Part shown: one piece after another, positions 55,286-64,000 of the stretch
Layout of the letters: every line of letters begins with the position of its first letter
Numbering within the stretch: position 1 is the first letter of the stretch
Origin: Paraspadella gotoi
Taxonomy: Eukaryota; Animalia; Chaetognatha
DNA length: 64,000 nt
NCBI GenBank assembly: GCA_051294375.1
Contig: CM119268.1
Span: 4,921,878 to 4,985,877, forward strand
Direction: 5' to 3'
The notes under the pieces: generated by a model
Database searches by the model: none
Seen by the model: the letters and a program-made list of their open reading frames with translations, nothing else
What the model was told of the DNA's origin: nothing
Made by a program: the position numbers and the translations under genes

Positions 55286-56158
55286 CTCCCCCTTGACTTG
55301 GCCCCACTTGGACCGCTTCGCTTCGTGAATGTGAACATCTTTTTTTTTTCCTTCGAGGGGCGAATCTATATTAGATTCACTCTTTTAAACCGAGGGATCG
55401 GTTATCGAATTTGTCTTTAATATTCCCTCTGTGACAACTTCTTCGCTTTTCGTGAAACCGTTGGGACAAAGTTTTCACTCGTGAAAAGCGAAAGTTGTCG
55501 CGGTTTGTTTAATCATCACCTCTTTTTGTTGTAGTTGAAATTTGTTTTTTTTTTTTTTTTTGTAGCGTATATTTCTTAATTTTTATTTTTTAAATGTTAA
55601 GCTACGACTTCGTGCTTATTTTGTTTGTCAATTTTAACGGAGTGGCTGCTTTCAAAACTGGCCTTTTCAGTTGCGTGATATCTTGTCGAATGTTTCCTCA
55701 CGTTTGTTTATTCGGTGCAGATTTTTTTTTTTTTTTTTTTTTTTGGTGCCCAAAAAGCCGATTTATGCTCGGGCCGTTTTTGAGCAGAAAAGCCCACCCG
55801 TTTTTCCCCCTTATTTCAAAATCAAATATTATTTTCTCTTCCGAAATAAATGTTAATGTTTTCATATAACTTTTTATTAAACAAATTATTTCCTTGTAAT
55901 GGCTCCATTCTGTCATATTTTTAGTTGATCATATTCCTGAAATAATTTTTAACTTCTTACTTTTACGTTTAATTTTTTTTTTTTTTTTTCGTTCCGTAAC
56001 TTCAGTTTTTTTTATTCCTCTCTTCTCTCCGGTTTTCTCAGTGGTCTTATCGTTTCTGGTCTTTCAAGATGAGATCATTGTGAAAATTGGATGGGCGGGG
56101 AAGGCATTATATCGTCCTTGGTTTCCGTTCCGTCAGTTTGATTTTATTTCATGTCTGT

Positions 56159-56203
<45 letters not shown>

Positions 56204-56712
56204 CCCACTCCCGAAATCGCTCTTCAGTCTGCATTCCTCGTCTTACCCGAAAACTTGGCAACTTCTGACCCGCATTTTCAAATTAAAACAAAAATTGATT
56301 CAAAAATCGGATTTTCATTCGTTTAGCACAGATTTGCTCCTTATGAAATATCTAATAGTAATTATAAATATTAAATGGGCTTATATGTCTTTCGCTTTGA
56401 CGCGTAAACTCACCGGGTCACCCACATAGGAGACGAAGTTTCTCAACCCTGGAAAGTTCTCGGAAATGTTGCGACCTTGGAAGACGTCGATCCTGCAGTC
56501 TGGATGCTAGATACAAACGAAGGCGCTTCTCTATTCCTGTAGTGTTTGGATCCTTACCATCTCGAAGAACTTAACTCGACGGACCTTGTCATCTTTTACC
56601 CATCGCCGTTGCACCCCACCCCTCTGCTTCATTCCTCACCGCTCCCCTTCTCATCCGCTTCTCTTTCTCTCTCACCCTTATCTCTCGGGATTCACCGACG
56701 GAAGAAACCGAC

Positions 56713-56762
<50 letters not shown>

Positions 56763-56925
56763 CATCTTTCGAAAGAATTCGCCGGAAAAAAAAATTGGGA
56801 GAACAGACGGGAGAGTAAAAGTTAGTCTCTATCTCGGTTTTTACAAACTCATTTTCTTCTCGCACTTTGGGCTCAATATACATCAACTTAACACACAGTT
56901 ATCTCCCCAGTAAAAACGTTTATCA

Positions 56926-57080
56926 CGTTCGCTCTCTACCCTCTTTAGATTCTGCTCTCTACCCACTTTACATTCAGCTCTCTACCCACTTTAAATTCAG
57001 CTTTCTAACCACTTTATATTCAGCTCTCTACTAAATTTACATTCAGCTCTACCAACTTTTTATTCAGCACTTTACCCACA
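56926..57080. repeat. ~22-bp degenerate tandem repeat
   Basis: About 7 copies of TTCAGCTCTCTACCCACTTTA(C/A/T)A. Confidence 0.75.
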
Positions 57081-59041
57081 ACACATTTCCACCCCCCCCC
57101 AGCCCTCACGTTCTCACACACACACACTTCGCGTCGCTCCAAAGTGTCCCGCGCAAGTCGCTACCTCTATTTGGTGGTCGTTTTTCGGTTTTCACTGTGA
57201 TCTTCGCTTTCACTTTGACAAATCAGTGAGATCACTTTGAAAACTGGAGAAAGTCTGACTGAAAGCCACACGGACGCGCGCCCGCCATTATGCGAAACGA
57301 AACAAAAACAAACCTTTCACGTTTTACGCGACGCTTCTTGGGAGTTTTTTCTTTCTCTGCAACGCTATTCTCTCTCTCTCTCTCTGCGCGTGCGTTCGCA
57401 TTTACGCTCCACTTCCGTTCTCTCGTTTTTCTTAAAAAGAGAAAGTCGACCTACTTTTCCTCACCTTATTTCGACTAATTTTTAACTAAGTCCTTTCTTT
57501 CTCATTTTTCATCATTCATCGTACTAAATGGAGCCACGTCGTAGGAATAATTAAAGTTTAACGGCTTGTCTAATAATACATCTTTCTTCAGTTATGCTGT
57601 ATTAGTGTATTTTAGAATGAGAAAATTGAAATTAATTGTACAATATACCGATAGGTCCAAGTAAAATCAAACTGAGGAGCCGCCGTTGCCAGTTTTTGAT
57701 CTGGGCTACGTTTGGTGTCCGAGGGAACGGGCCATCTCGGGCTTAGCTCATTAGAACTGCGGACGGCGTTCCTCAATCCACAAAGAGCCTGGATCGTCGC
57801 ATGAGCATCCTCTTCCGCTTCCTACCGTTACTCATCGCTCGCACGATTTTCCTTATCGATCGAAAAGAATTTAGAATTGCCCATCGCCCAGGTCCAGGAC
57901 CCAGGAATGGCGGGCTTGGTTTTTGCCCTACTTTTTCAAAAAGATGTTACTGAAATTTGGATAATATCTTAACGAAAGACTAAAGCATTCTGTAGGAAAC
58001 TAAATAGTTCATGGAGTAGCAGTCTTACTCTGATTGGATACGGATGATAACGAATTGCTTGTTTGAGTATGTTTTCGCAAAATTGATTTATTATTCTACG
58101 AGATTTTAACCCATGTTTCTTATAAATACTTTATAAATTGTTTTCGTATTACAATTTTCCAAAACTTTTGAAAGTAACTGATATTAAGGATTGTACTTTG
58201 TCTTATATCTACTTTGTAACTCTCATTTTGCTTACCCCCTTTTCGTCTCCTACCTCATCCCCCCTTCTCCCGTCACCGACCAGCGAATACTGAAGGAACG
58301 AAAACCCTTGTTTGTGAACTAGTTATCTCCACGTCGATCTCTCTCTCTCTCTCACACACACACACAGAGGAAGGAGTTGAGGGAGGAAGCAAGGGGGCCC
58401 AGTTTTTCCGTGTTTACCCTCCTCCCCCCGATCTTGGGTTCTTCCTAAACGGATTAGGTGTCGGCCAATTCGATTACTGGTTGAACTTCTGATCAAACCC
58501 CTTTTTTTGAGGTTCGCGAAATTCCGCGTTTTCTGTTTTTTCTTTGGAGAGAAAGAACGAAAGAAATACAACTAAGTTAACTATAAACTCTCCTCATTTT
58601 TTCGAATAATTAATACTAACTTTATGGACTTTATTTGATATGATATAAAATTTATTAAAATTTATTCAGTAAACCTTGTATTTGTAACATCCAAGCCTTT
58701 GTTGCACCAATTTTAAACAGTATACTGTGTGCATTCTTACTATAAAAATTGTTGCCTCCACAATACTGTGAATATTGAATAAGGAAACAATCGATCTTGC
58801 CAGATTATTACCAGATTTTTTTAAAAACGTTAGTTTATCCGTCAAAGATCGAAAGAAAGCGAAAACTGTTTCATCATAATTAAGAATTCGGAAGTCGTGA
58901 CCAAATTTTGGGATCGAGCTTGGATCGAAAAGGTGTCCAGCTCGCATGACGGGGTGCGGGCGGCCTCCCGCCGCCAATCGGAACCCCGCAACATTCCTCG
59001 ATATTTTGTCGGGCTCAACGATTGCGTGCCTTCCGTCTTCC

Positions 59042-59090
<49 letters not shown>

Positions 59091-61965
59091 GACGAAAAAG
59101 GCCGAGTAATTGTTCTGTCGAAGGTGTGGAACGTTCGATGATCCTTCGACTGCTACCCTCGGAATTCGATTCATTCGTCGTTTTTTTTTTTCGAATTTTT
59201 GCTAAACCATCCTATAGGACAACACTAACATCCCTGTCCTTAACATATTAATAATTAAAAAATTAAAAAACATAAAAATTTTAAAAATAAAAATACCAGA
59301 TCGTAACGTTTTCATCGGTTAAGACAAAACTAGTAGAAATAACCGGAGTCATTTAAATTAAAGACATAAAATTGATTCACGACGCTTGATGAAATAATCT
59401 TTTAATTTACATCCATTTGTTCAGCACCTGTATTATCAAATGTTCCACAACTTACTTCTTCGGAAATGATTTTGACATTGTCCCTTTAGAAACTACGGGG
59501 CCTAATTGCCCATTTATCTTGTCCGGTGATATTTGCTCGTCGGTTTCTTCTTTTTCCCAAACCTGAATTTTTCTCAATCTCTCGGAAGATGAGGAGAGGG
59601 TGCCTTTCTAATTTTATATTTCGTAATTTTTGTTGACACTGGCTGGATTTAAATTTAATGTGAAGAAAGGGGTTCGGTATTTGCTAGTGGACGAAACTGC
59701 TTTTACCTTGTGGTATAACCGAGTTTAAATACCGATTATTAACCTGATCCATCTCAACGCACTGCGAAAAAAAAACTAATTAAAATAGGACGGAAGATAA
59801 AAATTTTTAAAGGTAAAGGGACGAAAATCTAATTTTTCTAATTAAGAAAAAGATGGAAAAAAATTTATTCTAGCGGCCAACGGAAAAAGGGTCGCTTATG
59901 TCGGACAGGAAGTAAAAAGAGGCCTCTCACTCTCTCTCTCTTTTTCCCTTCTGGCTAAGGGCCATTGTTGTCGCTTCTGTTGTATTTCCGTCTGCGATCT
60001 GAGGCGAGATCAAACAAGGGGGCGGGAGAGGTGCTAACTTTTCCTTGTTACTTTATAATTTTATTCTGACATTATGTATTTTATTCTGATAATAAAGCTC
60101 AAGGTCATTTTTTGAAAAATTATTTCCTGAATTTGGGTTGAGTAAAAGTTTAAGATTGACGGGATATTTACATTTTCCTCTTTACTCTGGTTCACGTAAC
60201 GCCTTTTTAAGGGAAACCCGTGACGGAGATGGTAGTTTTAGGCTCTGTTTACTTACTGCAATAAGGTGGGGTCGGAGGGGAGGGGGTAATTGTTCGGATT
60301 GGAAGCTGTAAAAGGATAGAAATCTCCCAGTTTCCTCTCAAATTCTTTTTTCACAAACTTGTATTTAGCTTATTTATAGGAGTGGTAAATTTTCAGTTTG
60401 ACCAAAATTGTAACGTAAAACTGGATGGATCGACCAAAACGCCCAAAAAGAAATATATTGTAATTTTTATTTCCTTTAATGTGCTACTCCGAAAAGAAGT
60501 CGATAAAAAAACTATTCCTCGACTGCAAACGGTTTTTTCACAAAAATTCGAACGAAAATAAAAAGAATATTCAGAGCACCACTCTTTTAATTCTTTCGAA
60601 CACGAGAAACGTTTTTATTCAAACAGTCGGAGTTTCGAATCCGTCTTAAGGTTTCTTGGTTGCGTTGGAAGCAAATTTCTTCCGGCAATTACGAAAATTT
60701 TTTTTTCCGCCAATAAAGAAGTTTTGGGATATATTTTTCACCTCAGCTTTAAAAGCAAAATTAGCTCTTATACTTATCTGATGTTTGAAATAATTAGGTA
60801 AGTCTAAAGAACTTAATTTCGACGGAAAAGGAGATATCAATCGTTAATAAAGCTCATGTTGTTATGAAATTCATACGCAAACAGAAAGTTGTTACTTACG
60901 TAAATCTAATTTTGACTGGACAGACTAAAAGTTAGAGAAAAATCGTACTTTGCTTCCTTCGGAATTTTTCGCACCTGTTCGCCAACCCGAAAAATTTTTA
61001 ATCCAGCAAATTTTTAAAGTTTTGGCCGTTTTCCCTGCCTATTCTTTTTGGCGTGAAATATTTTAATACTTATAAACCATTTGTTCGTTAACGAGCTCCT
61101 CTATTCTTATATATGTTTTTCTTCTTTTACAGAAATAAAAAAAAATAAAAGCTTAGCAAACTCGGGGTTTCTCCAGAAAGGAAACCAGGCCGAATTACGA
61201 ACCATGTGAGAAAGTTTCACCAAGGGGCGCGGCCTCGTTATACTCTCACCCTATCTCCCAAAGCTCTCAATCCCTTTGCTGTTCCCCCCTCATGCTGAAC
61301 TTTTCACCCGTTTCACTTTTGGCGTTGACGACGTAAAATTCGATTAAAACATTCGTCGATGGCGGAGGAGCAGCGCGGCGCGGATGCGACGGCCACGGCT
61401 GCGGCGGAGGAGACCTTACCGAGTTGAAGCGCCTTGTTTTTGCGGCCCAAATTCGTTGGGATGCATTCAACATGGTTAACTATTTATCATGGCCTCTCCC
61501 CCCACGCGCTCAAAAGTTAGTACCGATCAATCAAAGTGTGAGGTGTAATTAGAAATTAACGTTACAAAAACTTATAAATATTAGTATTACCAGTAATAAC
61601 CCTTAACTACTCATTGAGAGAAATTAACCTTATCTCCCATTTTTGTTCAGTTTAGTTTTTTTGGGAATTTTTAATGAATACTTCTTAAAAGTAACGGTGT
61701 ATAATATTTAACTATAAATAGGACTAAATGTTTCCAGAAGACAACAATAACAATTATCATCCAATTCCCTATAAAAAATTCAAATAGAACAAAATTTAAA
61801 TGAAATGCTTGTAAGAAACTATAAAATACAATTGAGTTAACATTTTTAGATACTAAAAATTTACTTTTATATGTAGTAAAAGAACTCGTTTGACATTTTT
61901 AAACCCAAGTACGTATATTTTGTTTATCAGTTTTGCGCTATTTAAACACTTGTTTCCCTCGTTAG

Positions 61966-63329
61966 CGCTCCCCACGTCGGACAGCTCCTGATCAAAATTC
62001 TTCGCCCATCGTTGGGTCTCAGGTAAGGTTCTTCTGTAAATACAGGCATACATTAATTACAATATTCAAAGCAAATTTATCCACCACCCAAAAATAGGGA
62101 ACCTCGTTGCCGTCTTCTCGACCGCCTTCCTATTACGAAGACTCAACACAAATCACGGCCCCTACCTTCTCGTCTCCGCCCGGGCCTTACCTCGCTCAGC
62201 AAACCGCCCCTTACTTCACTCACCCACCCGCCTACGCGCGCATCGAGGGATCGCCGAATCCCCGTGCGTCTTGGGCACCGCCTTCTCTTGCTTCCGGCTC
62301 TTTCATCGGCGCCGGTTGGCCCAAAAAATCCGGTCAAGCGGAAGCCGTTCGTCCCCCGGCTTACAGCTTGAGTCACCATCCTCCCACGGGTTGGTTAATT
62401 TTGCCGGGGTGGGGGGCGGATATTAAGACAAGGAACTTTCTTTCTAAAGTTATATCAATTTCATACAATTTCATACAATTGATAAACATGTAATTAATCG
62501 TTAAATGAGGATGTTCCGATCGAAGACTGTACTGCCAAGCCTTAAAAATTCACCCTTCTACATCCCGTCCCTTTCACCCCTCAACTACCCCGTGACCGCC
62601 CCTTCCAGGACCCTCCACGATATCCTCCAGCTTGCCGTCGTGCGGCAAAGACGATCTCGAGACGAAAACGCGGCGAGCCCTGGACTTTGAGGGCGAAGGG
62701 GGCCGCCCTTTGGATTTGAACGAGGGTCCGCCCCCTTACGAAGACGTCGTCGGTTCCTCGGGCAGGACTCCGATCATTGGACAAGGGTATGTTCTCTTAG
62801 GAAAATGTTTATTCCTCATTACCCGATCAAAATTCTGCGGTTGAATGGTGATTCAGTATTTTTATTTCTTGTGATATAAATACATATAAATAATTTTCTA
62901 AAGAAGTTTTGAAATAATTTACCGAGGAGTGAGGGATAGCATTTAATACGCAGATCCAGAATTATGAGAGAGAGTGTGTGTGTGTGTGTGAAAATCAAGT
63001 GAAGTTCTGTCCGCTCAACCTCGCTTTCCGACTTACGACACGTCTCCTTCTTGAATCAATTACCAATTAAATCTAATTAGGCCAATTGCGTTGTTAGTAT
63101 GGGGGCTCGTCGTTTGGTCCATTTCAAATGACATCCTTAAGTTGCCTTGACACATTCCCGTCCCCATATTATTTTTTTATAGGCCTCCTTCGACCCGGAA
63201 TGGCCAGTCTAGTGGCGCCACCGAATCTTCAACGTCGGTGACGATGGCCGGCGATCGAATGATGGTGACGAACCGGAACTATCACGCGCCTTCGAACAAT
63301 CTGGTCGCAAGGCGGGCGGCGAGGTACAG
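61966..63329 (+). CDS. Partial proline/serine-rich protein with four PPxY motifs; start not resolved, continues beyond the last exon seen
   Basis: Phase-compatible GT-AG exons 61966-62022, 62098-62389 (PPSY, PPAY, PPAY), 62609-62786 (PPPY) and 63183-63329. They form GC-rich islands in AT-rich DNA. Confidence 0.65.
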
Positions 63330-64000
63330 GTAGTCTTGGGTTATAAATTACTATTATTGTAGATATCTGTACTATTTTGATTAATTATTAATAATAATTA
63401 ATAAATAATGGTAAACATCTTAAATAAAAAGTTTAGAAATCAATGTCGATAATTTCTTCTTTTTTTTTCCCTTTCTTTACTTTTATTTATTATTTTGCCA
63501 TCGTTTTTTATTCTCCGGAGGATATAGCCGTCAACCGTATTAAAAAAAAATCCTATTCACAAGATATTAGGTCGTTAATATTGTCTTATGCAAGGTCAGT
63601 ATGAATTTCAAACGGACTGTTGTATTCGTAAATCTTGTTTCTAAAATTGTCAGCAGTAATTGTTGTATTTTATTTCTGAATAAGAATGACGTTGAATTTC
63701 AAGTGCGAATCATTTTTTCCTAAGTTCATACATACTAGGCACAACATATGGTAAATTAAATTTAAGATAAAAAAAGGAAAAGAAAAAACTTTCCATTAGA
63801 CGTTTCGACGTTTTGAACACGAAAGCCCCTTTTTTTATTTTTTCTTTCTCGTAAAAATAACAAATGGTGAGATGCCAAACTCCAAAGATCTGCTTCGGAT
63901 CAAGTTACTTTTTCTGCTCCGTTTTTTGAGCCCGGGCAGTTTTTTTTTTTTTAAGTGCAACAGTAACGTTCAAGTAAACTCTCAAGAATCTTAGTACATT

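Noticed and set aside
57655-57950. Coding exon in a GC-rich island
   Set aside because: Stops occur in the frames examined and I found no recognisable motif or compatible splice chain. It may be UTR.

Overview
Eukaryotic (animal, probably invertebrate) genomic DNA: AT-rich, packed with (GA)n/(AAT)n microsatellites, with GC-rich spliced exons. I reconstructed four genes by hand from GT-AG exon chains. (1) A cGMP-dependent protein kinase of the PRKG2/dg1 type, 17 exons seen between 7115 and 33370; the first coding exon is not in the window. (2) An 8-exon flavin-containing monooxygenase, 41193-48095, about 558 aa. (3) A 4-exon SOCS-box protein on the minus strand, 52147-49567, about 251 aa. (4) Part of a proline-rich gene with four PPxY motifs, about 61966-63329. 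The first 44 kb contain four gaps of exactly 25 N, each next to an indel-rich direct or inverted near-copy of neighbouring sequence. These are most likely gap-filling or haplotype artefacts rather than real gene duplications, but they expose presence/absence insertions. The most interesting is a ~285-bp element (29075-29360) with a tRNA-like Pol III head and a twister-ribozyme-like P4/L4 signature; a truncated second copy lies at 7828-7950. Also present are Helentron-associated (HINE/DINE-1-like) elements, a Tc1/mariner-type MITE, other tRNA-like SINE heads and intronic minisatellites. I saw no CRISPR array, rRNA or genuine tRNA gene. All family calls rest on motifs recognised by eye; no searches were run.
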